Source: Shigella phage KNP5
Length of the DNA: 64,000 nucleotides
Direction: 5' to 3' (one strand)
Sequence record: KX452698
In this document: piece after piece, positions 24,401-34,208 of the stretch
Position numbering within the stretch: the first letter of the stretch is position 1
Layout: every line of letters begins with the position of its first letter
Program-made: the position numbers and the translations under genes
The notes under the pieces: generated by a model
The model's database searches: none
Told to the model about the DNA's origin: nothing
What the model saw: the letters and a program-made list of their open reading frames with translations, nothing else

Positions 24401-27400
24401 NNNNNNNNNNNNNNNNNNNNNNNNNNNNNNNNNNNNNNNNNNNNNNNNNNNNNNNNNNNNNNNNNNNNNNNNNNNNNNNNNNNNNNNNNNNNNNNNNNNN
24501 NNNNNNNNNNNNNNNNNNNNNNNNNNNNNNNNNNNNNNNNNNNNNNNNNNNNNNNNNNNNNNNNNNNNNNNNNNNNNNNNNNNNNNNNNNNNNNNNNNNN
24601 NNNNNNNNNNNNNNNNNNNNNNNNNNNNNNNNNNNNNNNNNNNNNNNNNNNNNNNNNNNNNNNNNNNNNNNNNNNNNNNNNNNNNNNNNNNNNNNNNNNN
24701 NNNNNNNNNNNNNNNNNNNNNNNNNNNNNNNNNNNNNNNNNNNNNNNNNNNNNNNNNNNNNNNNNNNNNNNNNNNNNNNNNNNNNNNNNNNNNNNNNNNN
24801 NNNNNNNNNNNNNNNNNNNNNNNNNNNNNNNNNNNNNNNNNNNNNNNNNNNNNNNNNNNNNNNNNNNNNNNNNNNNNNNNNNNNNNNNNNNNNNNNNNNN
24901 NNNNNNNNNNNNNNNNNNNNNNNNNNNNNNNNNNNNNNNNNNNNNNNNNNNNNNNNNNNNNNNNNNNNNNNNNNNNNNNNNNNNNNNNNNNNNNNNNNNN
25001 NNNNNNNNNNNNNNNNNNNNNNNNNNNNNNNNNNNNNNNNNNNNNNNNNNNNNNNNNNNNNNNNNNNNNNNNNNNNNNNNNNNNNNNNNNNNNNNNNNNN
25101 NNNNNNNNNNNNNNNNNNNNNNNNNNNNNNNNNNNNNNNNNNNNNNNNNNNNNNNNNNNNNNNNNNNNNNNNNNNNNNNNNNNNNNNNNNNNNNNNNNNN
25201 NNNNNNNNNNNNNNNNNNNNNNNNNNNNNNNNNNNNNNNNNNNNNNNNNNNNNNNNNNNNNNNNNNNNNNNNNNNNNNNNNNNNNNNNNNNNNNNNNNNN
25301 NNNNNNNNNNNNNNNNNNNNNNNNNNNNNNNNNNNNNNNNNNNNNNNNNNNNNNNNNNNNNNNNNNNNNNNNNNNNNNNNNNNNNNNNNNNNNNNNNNNN
25401 NNNNNNNNNNNNNNNNNNNNNNNNNNNNNNNNNNNNNNNNNNNNNNNNNNNNNNNNNNNNNNNNNNNNNNNNNNNNNNNNNNNNNNNNNNNNNNNNNNNN
25501 NNNNNNNNNNNNNNNNNNNNNNNNNNNNNNNNNNNNNNNNNNNNNNNNNNNNNNNNNNNNNNNNNNNNNNNNNNNNNNNNNNNNNNNNNNNNNNNNNNNN
25601 NNNNNNNNNNNNNNNNNNNNNNNNNNNNNNNNNNNNNNNNNNNNNNNNNNNNNNNNNNNNNNNNNNNNNNNNNNNNNNNNNNNNNNNNNNNNNNNNNNNN
25701 NNNNNNNNNNNNNNNNNNNNNNNNNNNNNNNNNNNNNNNNNNNNNNNNNNNNNNNNNNNNNNNNNNNNNNNNNNNNNNNNNNNNNNNNNNNNNNNNNNNN
25801 NNNNNNNNNNNNNNNNNNNNNNNNNNNNNNNNNNNNNNNNNNNNNNNNNNNNNNNNNNNNNNNNNNNNNNNNNNNNNNNNNNNNNNNNNNNNNNNNNNNN
25901 NNNNNNNNNNNNNNNNNNNNNNNNNNNNNNNNNNNNNNNNNNNNNNNNNNNNNNNNNNNNNNNNNNNNNNNNNNNNNNNNNNNNNNNNNNNNNNNNNNNN
26001 NNNNNNNNNNNNNNNNNNNNNNNNNNNNNNNNNNNNNNNNNNNNNNNNNNNNNNNNNNNNNNNNNNNNNNNNNNNNNNNNNNNNNNNNNNNNNNNNNNNN
26101 NNNNNNNNNNNNNNNNNNNNNNNNNNNNNNNNNNNNNNNNNNNNNNNNNNNNNNNNNNNNNNNNNNNNNNNNNNNNNNNNNNNNNNNNNNNNNNNNNNNN
26201 NNNNNNNNNNNNNNNNNNNNNNNNNNNNNNNNNNNNNNNNNNNNNNNNNNNNNNNNNNNNNNNNNNNNNNNNNNNNNNNNNNNNNNNNNNNNNNNNNNNN
26301 NNNNNNNNNNNNNNNNNNNNNNNNNNNNNNNNNNNNNNNNNNNNNNNNNNNNNNNNNNNNNNNNNNNNNNNNNNNNNNNNNNNNNNNNNNNNNNNNNNNN
26401 NNNNNNNNNNNNNNNNNNNNNNNNNNNNNNNNNNNNNNNNNNNNNNNNNNNNNNNNNNNNNNNNNNNNNNNNNNNNNNNNNNNNNNNNNNNNNNNNNNNN
26501 NNNNNNNNNNNNNNNNNNNNNNNNNNNNNNNNNNNNNNNNNNNNNNNNNNNNNNNNNNNNNNNNNNNNNNNNNNNNNNNNNNNNNNNNNNNNNNNNNNNN
26601 NNNNNNNNNNNNNNNNNNNNNNNNNNNNNNNNNNNNNNNNNNNNNNNNNNNNNNNNNNNNNNNNNNNNNNNNNNNNNNNNNNNNNNNNNNNNNNNNNNNN
26701 NNNNNNNNNNNNNNNNNNNNNNNNNNNNNNNNNNNNNNNNNNNNNNNNNNNNNNNNNNNNNNNNNNNNNNNNNNNNNNNNNNNNNNNNNNNNNNNNNNNN
26801 NNNNNNNNNNNNNNNNNNNNNNNNNNNNNNNNNNNNNNNNNNNNNNNNNNNNNNNNNNNNNNNNNNNNNNNNNNNNNNNNNNNNNNNNNNNNNNNNNNNN
26901 NNNNNNNNNNNNNNNNNNNNNNNNNNNNNNNNNNNNNNNNNNNNNNNNNNNNNNNNNNNNNNNNNNNNNNNNNNNNNNNNNNNNNNNNNNNNNNNNNNNN
27001 NNNNNNNNNNNNNNNNNNNNNNNNNNNNNNNNNNNNNNNNNNNNNNNNNNNNNNNNNNNNNNNNNNNNNNNNNNNNNNNNNNNNNNNNNNNNNNNNNNNN
27101 NNNNNNNNNNNNNNNNNNNNNNNNNNNNNNNNNNNNNNNNNNNNNNNNNNNNNNNNNNNNNNNNNNNNNNNNNNNNNNNNNNNNNNNNNNNNNNNNNNNN
27201 NNNNNNNNNNNNNNNNNNNNNNNNNNNNNNNNNNNNNNNNNNNNNNNNNNNNNNNNNNNNNNNNNNNNNNNNNNNNNNNNNNNNNNNNNNNNNNNNNNNN
27301 NNNNNNNNNNNNNNNNNNNNNNNNNNNNNNNNNNNNNNNNNNNNNNNNNNNNNNNNNNNNNNNNNNNNNNNNNNNNNNNNNNNNNNNNNNNNNNNNNNNN

Positions 27401-27668
27401 NNNNNNNNNNNNNNNNNNNNNNNNNNNNNNNNNNNNNNNNNNNNNNNNNNNNNNNNNNNNNNNNNNNNNNNNNNNNNNNNNNNNNNNNNNNNNNNNNNNN
27501 NNNNNNNNNNNNNNNNNNNNNNNNNNNNNNNNNNNNNNNNNNNNNNNNNNNNNNNNNNNNNNNNNNNNNNNNNNNNNNNNNNNNNNNNNNNNNNNNNNNN
27601 NNNNNNNNNNNNNNNNNNNNNNNNNNNNNNNNNNNNNNNNNNNNNNNNNNNNNNNNNNNNNNNNNNNN
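482..27668. other. masked or unsequenced block (27,187 N)
   Basis: uninterrupted run of n. Confidence 1.
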
Positions 27669-27923
27669 AATACAAGTAGTAAATACTCCAGTAGTGCTTA
27701 TACAGGTATTACCTAATTGAACACCAAGCGTTCCATTAGTATTCATATGAAGATTATCATCAATTTTTGTTGATACTTTACCATTCATGTGAATAACAGT
27801 ATTAGATTCAATCACATTCTGAGTGTCATTTTCAATATCAATAAATGGAACAGCTGTTAATGCAACTAGAACAACTGCTAATGCAACTAAACACGCTGCT
27901 AAACAACCATAAACAATTTTCAT
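27669..27923 (-). CDS. small membrane protein with N-terminal signal anchor; 3' end lost in N block (lies just downstream of gene 43, where T4 has imm/imm.1)
   Basis: ATG 27923..27921 with GGAG SD; MKIVYGCLAACLVALAVVLVALTAV hydrophobic N-terminus; frame runs open into the N block. Confidence 0.5.
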
Positions 27924-27954
27924 TTTATTCTCCAAATCTGTATCAGTTGATAGT

Positions 27955-28005
27955 TGTATAGTACCATGGAAGAACAGAGATGTAAACCGTTTTGTGAAAA
28001 AATTT
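27955..28005 (-). promoter_or_regulatory. T4-type early promoter (-35 GTTTAC, extended -10 TGGTACTATACAACTATC)
   Basis: gtaaac at 27982..27987 and atagta at 27958..27963 on the plus strand; A/T-rich upstream; same 21-nt core repeated at 53606, 55046 and 58935. Confidence 0.65.
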
Positions 28006-28070
28006 TTAATGAATTTACAGGACCTAGAATCATCTATTTTTCCTAAGTATAGATTTATATTACTTGTATG

Positions 28071-28091
28071 AAAAAGGGACCCGGAGGTCCC
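28071..28091 (-). terminator. rho-independent terminator after gene 43 (GGGACCUCCGGGUCCC followed by U5)
   Basis: 6-bp GC stem with tetraloop followed by a T-run on the transcribed strand, directly after the gene 43 stop. Confidence 0.6.
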
Positions 28092-28104
28092 TAGATTTAT
28101 TCTA

Positions 28105-30801
28105 TCAGCCAAACAGGAAGTCTAACGAAGCTTTTTCCTCATAGTCCATACCTGCCGATTCACACATGCCCGCAAGTGGTTTAACAAACGATTTTTGGAA
28201 CAAAGTTGAGTAGTCAATCCAAGACAGTACATCAGAACGAATTTCTTTTGGAAGTTCTGTACCTGACGGCCAAGCAATGCACTTATCACCAAATGGATTT
28301 CCTTCACGTAATGGAAGAACCATTACCTTATTTCCATCCAAAATTGGAGCTACGCCTAAACCGTTAACAGCTCGACGATAAGTTAGTACACCACGAATAT
28401 GGAATGGACATTTAAATCCTGGCCAACCTTTATCATCATATTTCGCTATATCGTTCGCAGTTTTTACTTCAGCAATAACTTTATAGTCAAGTTGACGATA
28501 TTCTTTCTCAAAGTTCTTGTAGTATTCTTGGACAGACTCTTCGCCTTCTTGAAGAATACGACGAATACTTTCTTCGAGAGCTTCTTGTACTGCTTTTGGT
28601 GTTGAACTCTGCTGAGTTTCCATACCCATGATTTTTAAATGCGGTTCAGCAAATCGCTTATCTTCCATATCATAAACGTTCAGAGCATAACGTTTTTTCG
28701 CTTTCCAAAATCCACCGACACCCTTTGAACCAAGCGGAGGGCAAGAAATAGCTTCACGGTCCATATGCATCAGATGCTCGCGGTTATTCATATAATCACA
28801 TAACTCACGATATGCAACATCAATCATAGGTTCCATCTTTTTCTTACCAAACTGATTCATGAATTCAACTAAATCATTTTGTTCTTTAAAGCGATCAAGA
28901 CCTACTTTTTCAATAACTTTATCTACACAAACGTATACCGAATCAGTATCACCTGCTGCGATGAAATCTTCACCATTAGTTCCACACACTTTATTTAGAT
29001 ACTCATTAATTTTACGAGCAATCCACTGAATACCAACTTGACCGAAAATTGTGATAGCAGTAGCATTTCGCAAATCATAGTAACGGAAATGAATATTACC
29101 AAGAGCACCATAAAGACTGTTAATAAGAATTTTACGGTTCAGCTGATTTGTGTTAGCAAGTGTAGCTGCTTTTTCGCATTCTTCGATCAGACTATTAAGT
29201 ACAGATTCAGTATAATTTGATAATTCGTTTAAGAAATCATCATTGAACTTAACATATCGTTCAACTTCTGGTTTAGTTGAGCGAGACCCTGCACCTTTCA
29301 TAATAATCTTTTTAATAGCTTCGGCATTCATTTCTTCAGCGAACATTTTCTTTTTCCAATCTTTACGTTGGAAAAATACTTTAGCGATTTCCTTTGGAAT
29401 GATACCTTCTTGGTGCTTATCATACATCCATCCATTCGGAGAGCAAGAATATTCATCACTTGGCTTAGGAGCTGTTCCTGCGATATATTCATGAATTGGA
29501 TGAACTTTAAACTGTCCACGAATAGTTTCAGGACTAATGTTAACCTGACGAATAATGCTAGGATACAGAGACGTCAAGTCAAAACTCATAATGTATCGAC
29601 GAGCAATCGGTTTAGGTTCAAACACAAATGCACCTGGAAAACTCTGTTTAACGTGCGAACCTTGTTGAGGAATAACCTTATGTTCACCTTTCAGTGAGTT
29701 AAAAATAATAGCATCCCAAGTTTTAATAGGGCTCATTACACCAGAAAAAGGCATTTTAGCGTAATAAGACATACTTAAAACTAGATCGATAAACCCACGA
29801 ATTTTATCAATTGCTTGAACTGATTCTACGTCAATGATGTTATAACTAATGTATCGCTGATGATTAGTCTCACGAAGTTTATTAATAGGACCATCGTACG
29901 GCAATTTACCTTTTTTGGTTTCATGTTGAGCAACTGATTCCAAAGAGAATGATGGCAAATTAGTAAATGCGAATTTCTTGTACAAATCTAAATAATCAAG
30001 AATAGATACGCCATCAATAGAATAAATTTCTTTGCTACCGTACATATTTTGAATTAGTTTAGATTTTACTCGACCGATTGGAGAGAAGCGTTTCATACTA
30101 CGTTCACCGAGAACCATTTTAACACGATTCATGATATACGGAACGTCAAATCCCTCAATATTCCAACCAGTAAAAATAGCAGGTCGTTTCTGTTCCCAGA
30201 GATTAATATATTCCATGAGCATATCACGCTCATTATCGAATGGCATATAAATTACTCGGTCAAGAATTTCTTGAGGAACTTCATCACCACCTTCACAGTC
30301 AAGCTTAGCAGCTAACTTTGCATCCCATTTTGATACTGAACCGTACATTGAATTCAACAAATCAAAGACGTAAAAACGGTCGTCAATTGAATCATAATGA
30401 GTGATAGCATCAATTTCATATTCTGCTTTCATTGGGTCAGGAAATTTATCACCAGTAACCTCAATGTCGCAGTTAGCTACACGAACAAATTTTCGGTCAT
30501 AAACAATTTCTGAACCATATGTATCACTGATATAAGCGAGTTTAAAATCGTTCATACCGAGAGCTTCGAGACCGATGTCTTCCATTCGTTTCATCCAGTC
30601 TCGTGCATCTTTCATTGATGGAAATTTTTGAGGAGCACAATTTTTACCATAAATGTCTTTGTATTTTGACTCTTCCTTACAATGCCTAAACATAGTCGGA
30701 AGATATTCTACTTCACGGGTACGTTCCTTTCCATTTTCATCAATATAACGCTCAACAATATTATTTCCGACTGTTTCGATAGAGATATAAAATTCTTTCA
30801 T
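28105..30801 (-). CDS. 43: DNA polymerase (family B) gp43
   Basis: 898-aa ORF; translation matches T4 gp43 as I remember it, including exonuclease and polymerase motifs (e.g. DTDS). Confidence 0.97.
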   Translation of the reverse strand: MKEFYISIETVGNNIVERYIDENGKERTREVEYLPTMFRHCKEESKYKDIYGKNCAPQKFPSMKDARDWMKRMEDIGLEALGMNDFKLAYISDTYGSEIVYDRKFVRVANCDIEVTGDKFPDPMKAEYEIDAITHYDSIDDRFYVFDLLNSMYGSVSKWDAKLAAKLDCEGGDEVPQEILDRVIYMPFDNERDMLMEYINLWEQKRPAIFTGWNIEGFDVPYIMNRVKMVLGERSMKRFSPIGRVKSKLIQNMYGSKEIYSIDGVSILDYLDLYKKFAFTNLPSFSLESVAQHETKKGKLPYDGPINKLRETNHQRYISYNIIDVESVQAIDKIRGFIDLVLSMSYYAKMPFSGVMSPIKTWDAIIFNSLKGEHKVIPQQGSHVKQSFPGAFVFEPKPIARRYIMSFDLTSLYPSIIRQVNISPETIRGQFKVHPIHEYIAGTAPKPSDEYSCSPNGWMYDKHQEGIIPKEIAKVFFQRKDWKKKMFAEEMNAEAIKKIIMKGAGSRSTKPEVERYVKFNDDFLNELSNYTESVLNSLIEECEKAATLANTNQLNRKILINSLYGALGNIHFRYYDLRNATAITIFGQVGIQWIARKINEYLNKVCGTNGEDFIAAGDTDSVYVCVDKVIEKVGLDRFKEQNDLVEFMNQFGKKKMEPMIDVAYRELCDYMNNREHLMHMDREAISCPPLGSKGVGGFWKAKKRYALNVYDMEDKRFAEPHLKIMGMETQQSSTPKAVQEALEESIRRILQEGEESVQEYYKNFEKEYRQLDYKVIAEVKTANDIAKYDDKGWPGFKCPFHIRGVLTYRRAVNGLGVAPILDGNKVMVLPLREGNPFGDKCIAWPSGTELPKEIRSDVLSWIDYSTLFQKSFVKPLAGMCESAGMDYEEKASLDFLFG

Positions 30802-30819
30802 AGATATTCCTTAGTTTAT

Positions 30820-30837
30820 AGCCCGAGTTATTAGGCT
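30820..30837 (-). promoter_or_regulatory. gene 43 translational operator hairpin (5-bp stem, 8-nt loop) upstream of the 43 start
   Basis: mRNA sequence AGCCUAAUAACUCGGGCU immediately 5' of the SD and AUG of gene 43; corresponds to the gp43 autoregulatory operator described for T4. Confidence 0.6.
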
Positions 30838-30862
30838 CTTGATATATTATACTCCAAATAAG

Positions 30863-30876
30863 GGGCCGAAGCCCCT
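30863..30876 (-). other. C(UUCG)G tetraloop hairpin between regA and 43
   Basis: GGGGC-UUCG-GCCCC on the transcribed strand. Confidence 0.6.
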
Positions 30877-30879
30877 TGC

Positions 30880-31248
30880 TTAATTACCAATCGTATATTT
30901 AGGAACGAGTTTCCATTCATGTTTTTGTTTAAAAGAAATAACTCGGAAATTATTGGTTAAATCTTTCATAAAAGTTCTTTGACCAGGAACGATTTCAATC
31001 AGTCCCCAATCTTCTAACAGCCACGCAATCGAATCACGACGAACTTCATCTTCTTCTGTCATTTCAACCTGACGGCCATCCATACGAAGCATTTCTTTAA
31101 AATGAACGATATAGTATAGTCCTTTTTTCTGAAGAATATGACAGGACTGATACAGAACTTTATCTTTATTATTAGCAATTCCCATACGAGTCAAGGTTTC
31201 TTTTACTTTCAGAAAATCTTCAGGTTTTTTAAGAGTAATTTCAATCAT
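30880..31248 (-). CDS. regA: translational repressor RegA
   Basis: 122-aa ORF MIEITLKKPEDFLKVKETL...; size and sequence as T4 RegA; conserved position between 62 and 43. Confidence 0.93.
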   Translation of the reverse strand: MIEITLKKPEDFLKVKETLTRMGIANNKDKVLYQSCHILQKKGLYYIVHFKEMLRMDGRQVEMTEEDEVRRDSIAWLLEDWGLIEIVPGQRTFMKDLTNNFRVISFKQKHEWKLVPKYTIGN

Positions 31249-31249
31249 T

Positions 31250-31813
31250 TTACCATTCCAATGCTAGTTTTTTGAGTTGTTTCTGTTCTTTTACATTCTT
31301 AGTCACTTCTTTCAAAAAATCATCCGTGACTAAACCTTTTAGTTCTTTTAATACTAAAGGAAGTTTTCCATTTTTAGCAAGAATTGATTTATAGTTAATT
31401 GCATCATTTGTATTAACTTGATACCGCTTAGCAAGTAACTTAATAATCAATACTTCAGTAGAATCTTCAACCAGTTTTGCCCATTTACCATATCTTTTAC
31501 CACGAGGAACAGCAGCCATCAGATAATTAAAATGGGCTTCATCGCTTAAACCTGATCCAATTAAATTCATAGCATATACAGCTGGCATGCATTCAGGAAA
31601 TTGTGATAATGCATTCTCAACCATGTATTTTGAATAATCTTTTTGAGCAATAGAGCATTTAGTTTTATTATTAATAGCTCCAATTATTTCAAAAAATTCA
31701 TTTTCAGCTTTTTCCTTAAAAGAATCAGCAGCAGATTGGACAGCTGTCCAATCTTTTGAATACCAAGCAACTTGATGCTCGTTTAATTGAATATCATCTT
31801 CAAATAAGCTCAT
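31250..31813 (-). CDS. 62: clamp loader small subunit gp62
   Basis: 187-aa ORF; position and size as T4 gp62; stop/start tightly packed with 44 and regA. Confidence 0.9.
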   Translation of the reverse strand: MSLFEDDIQLNEHQVAWYSKDWTAVQSAADSFKEKAENEFFEIIGAINNKTKCSIAQKDYSKYMVENALSQFPECMPAVYAMNLIGSGLSDEAHFNYLMAAVPRGKRYGKWAKLVEDSTEVLIIKLLAKRYQVNTNDAINYKSILAKNGKLPLVLKELKGLVTDDFLKEVTKNVKEQKQLKKLALEW

Positions 31814-31814
31814 A

Positions 31815-32774
31815 TCACTTCCACTGCATTTCGCATGCTAATTGAATGAAAAGATATGCTAAATGTAATTCAGTATTAGCCGCAATTCCATGATACTGGT
31901 TATTTTCACCAACAATTTCATACATACGAATAATACTTTGTGGAGTTACGCGTGTATAGATTTCTTCGGCAAGTTTACCTACGAACCACGAATAATCAGC
32001 TGCATATTTTGGTGCTAAAGCTCTGAGCTGTTTAACATCTTTATTTTTGAGAGACTCAAGAACATCATCAATAGCACCACGATCGTTAGTAACCAGTGAT
32101 AAAATACCAGCATCCAAAACACCTTTAGATGAATAACTATCGAGCTCACCAATAGTTTTACGAAAATCAGGAAAATTCTTTTTAACCAAAGCTGCTACAA
32201 CTTTCATATCAGCTATAGCAATTCCTTCATGCTTGCAGATTTCAGTCAATCGACGAATCATCTGCTTCATCATTTCAATTTTATCTTCATCGGTCGGTTG
32301 ACCGAATGTAATAACTCGGCAGCGTGACTGAAGCGGTTTAATAATACCATCAATATTGTTAGCAGTAATAATAATACTACAGTTTGAACTATAAGCTTCC
32401 ATAAAGGAACGAAGATGTCGCTGAGACTCTGCTAACCCTGAACGGTCAAATTCATCAATAACGATTACTTTTTGACGACCATCAAATGAAGCTGCACTAG
32501 CAAAATTAGTCAAAGGACCACGAACGAAATCAATTTTACAATCTGATCCATTCACAAACATCATATCAGCATTTACATCATGACACAATGCTTTTGCTAC
32601 AGTTGTTTTACCTGTTCCTGGAGAAGGAGAATGAAGAATAATATGTGGAATTTTACCTTTACTTGTAATAGATTTAAAGGTTTCTTTATCAAAGGCGGGA
32701 AGAATACATTCATCGATAGTAGATGGACGATATTTCTGTTCAAGAATGTGTTCTTTTTCATTTACAGTAATCAT
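31815..32774 (-). CDS. 44: clamp loader ATPase subunit gp44
   Basis: 319 aa from ATG 32774 (GAGGAAA SD); the ORF-track start at 32789 is a TTG; Walker A GTGKTT and DEAD-like box present. Confidence 0.93.
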   Translation of the reverse strand: MITVNEKEHILEQKYRPSTIDECILPAFDKETFKSITSKGKIPHIILHSPSPGTGKTTVAKALCHDVNADMMFVNGSDCKIDFVRGPLTNFASAASFDGRQKVIVIDEFDRSGLAESQRHLRSFMEAYSSNCSIIITANNIDGIIKPLQSRCRVITFGQPTDEDKIEMMKQMIRRLTEICKHEGIAIADMKVVAALVKKNFPDFRKTIGELDSYSSKGVLDAGILSLVTNDRGAIDDVLESLKNKDVKQLRALAPKYAADYSWFVGKLAEEIYTRVTPQSIIRMYEIVGENNQYHGIAANTELHLAYLFIQLACEMQWK

Positions 32775-32807
32775 AATTTCCTCATTCAAGTTTTAGTGTA
32801 AATTTAA

Positions 32808-32819
32808 GGGCCGAAGCCC
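32808..32819 (-). other. C(UUCG)G tetraloop hairpin between 45 and 44
   Basis: GGGC-UUCG-GCCC on the transcribed strand. Confidence 0.6.
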
Positions 32820-32823
32820 TTTA

Positions 32824-33510
32824 TTAAAAGTCGTGGGTAGAATCAGCTTCAAGAGCTACTACATAATTCGCGTGTTCACCTTCAAATTTAGCAGCACCCT
32901 GTTTACCTTTTGCCCAGAGCAGAAGTTTATAATTTCCTGGTTGCATTTTCATATTTGCCATATTGATAATGAAATTAAATGTATTTTCACCATCATAATC
33001 ACCAAGAGTCAAAGAATATTTAACGCGAGTCAAAGCAGAATCTTCTACTTTATTAAAACCATTAATTACGATTTTACCTTCTTTTACTGTGATAGCAATT
33101 GTATCAATCTGCAGACCACGAGATACACGCAATAGCTGTTGAAGGTCTTCAGCTTTAATTTCGGTAACAACAGATGCTACCGGGAATGGAATTGGTTTAT
33201 TAGGAGCAACTACTGTACTCGGATCGGCTGCTGGCCAAAAAATCGTTGAACGGGCATCAGCAATTTTAATATTTCCATCTTCTGACTGGGAAATTTCTGC
33301 ATCGTCATTAACTAGAGACAGAATACCGAGAAAACCGTTCAAATCGTAAATTGCTACATCAAAATCAATGGTGTCGGAAATATTTGCTTCCGCATAAGTT
33401 GTACCATTAACTGCGCGAGTCATAATAAATTGACCGGATTTAAGCATAATACCAGAGTTAATAGTAGCGAAATTTTTAAGCAGAGCAGTAGTATCTTTAG
33501 ACAGTTTCAT
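32824..33510 (-). CDS. 45: sliding clamp gp45
   Basis: 228-aa ORF MKLSKDTTALLKNFATINSGIMLKSGQFIM...; size and sequence as T4 gp45. Confidence 0.95.
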   Translation of the reverse strand: MKLSKDTTALLKNFATINSGIMLKSGQFIMTRAVNGTTYAEANISDTIDFDVAIYDLNGFLGILSLVNDDAEISQSEDGNIKIADARSTIFWPAADPSTVVAPNKPIPFPVASVVTEIKAEDLQQLLRVSRGLQIDTIAITVKEGKIVINGFNKVEDSALTRVKYSLTLGDYDGENTFNFIINMANMKMQPGNYKLLLWAKGKQGAAKFEGEHANYVVALEADSTHDF

Positions 33511-33534
33511 GTAATTTCCTTCAATTCAAATGAG

Positions 33535-33570
33535 ATTTAATTTTATAACTAATTTAATAAAGCAATTAAC
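33535..33570 (-). promoter_or_regulatory. MotA-dependent middle promoter upstream of gene 45
   Basis: TTGCTTTA (MotA box) on the minus strand, about 12 nt upstream of TAAAAT, then SD AAGGA and the gene 45 ATG. Confidence 0.5.
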
Positions 33571-33955
33571 GATTAAAATCAGCAGCAATTGTTTCTGCAA
33601 CAATTTGAGCAGCAACAATTAGACGTTCATCTGCATTACCGCAATAATCATCTTCAAGGCGTTCACCACATGAAGTCATAATAAATTTGGCACCAGCGTT
33701 TAGAGATTCTGCCGTATGTTTGCGCATTAGTTCAATCCATTTATCACTCACTTCACGATCGATAGCTTCATAATACGCATGACGAGCAGGTGCAGATTTA
33801 ATTTTGCTCTGAATAACTTCCATCGCGTTATCAGAAAGAGACAAAACCCATGCTCGACGAATTTTATTTTGGTTTTGCGGATTTGATTCAGAACGCACGT
33901 GTTTTGGCTGAATATCTTTTACATCAACAGTATAATTCACAGTAATTTTAGTCAT
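33566..33955 (-). CDS. rpbA: RNA polymerase-binding protein RpbA
   Basis: 129-aa ORF at the T4 rpbA position between 45 and 46. Confidence 0.8.
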   Translation of the reverse strand: MTKITVNYTVDVKDIQPKHVRSESNPQNQNKIRRAWVLSLSDNAMEVIQSKIKSAPARHAYYEAIDREVSDKWIELMRKHTAESLNAGAKFIMTSCGERLEDDYCGNADERLIVAAQIVAETIAADFNR

Positions 33956-33964
33956 AATACACCT

Positions 33965-34153
33965 TTAGTCATAATAATCAGTAACAGTCCAAGCTTCATT
34001 CCTGTTGGACATTATTTTCGTATATTCTGATTTAAATGCATTCTTAAGCATAGATTCAGTAACTATATGCTCTTCATTAGAAAAATTATTTCTCAGAATA
34101 TATCGTTTTATTTCAGGAATAGTTAATAGATGCTGTCCAGTTGAATATTCCAT
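33965..34153 (-). CDS. hypothetical protein (T4 45.2 position)
   Basis: 62-aa ORF, ATG start, conserved position. Confidence 0.6.
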   Translation of the reverse strand: MEYSTGQHLLTIPEIKRYILRNNFSNEEHIVTESMLKNAFKSEYTKIMSNRNEAWTVTDYYD

Positions 34154-34208
34154 GTTTTTCCTCCATAGAGATTATACTCTAATAAATTAAAGCATAATCT
34201 CTTATAAA

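Noticed and set aside
292-28112. Giant ORFs of 9000+ aa on both strands running through the N block
   Set aside because: Artefact of translating N as X; only the flanking real sequence is meaningful.
28122-29697. Several small plus-strand and alternate-frame ORFs inside gene 43 (28122..28307, 28399..28605, 29038..29220, 29243..29494, 29328..29519, 29368..29697)
   Set aside because: They lie entirely inside the well-supported 898-aa polymerase gene, with no RBS or promoter context.
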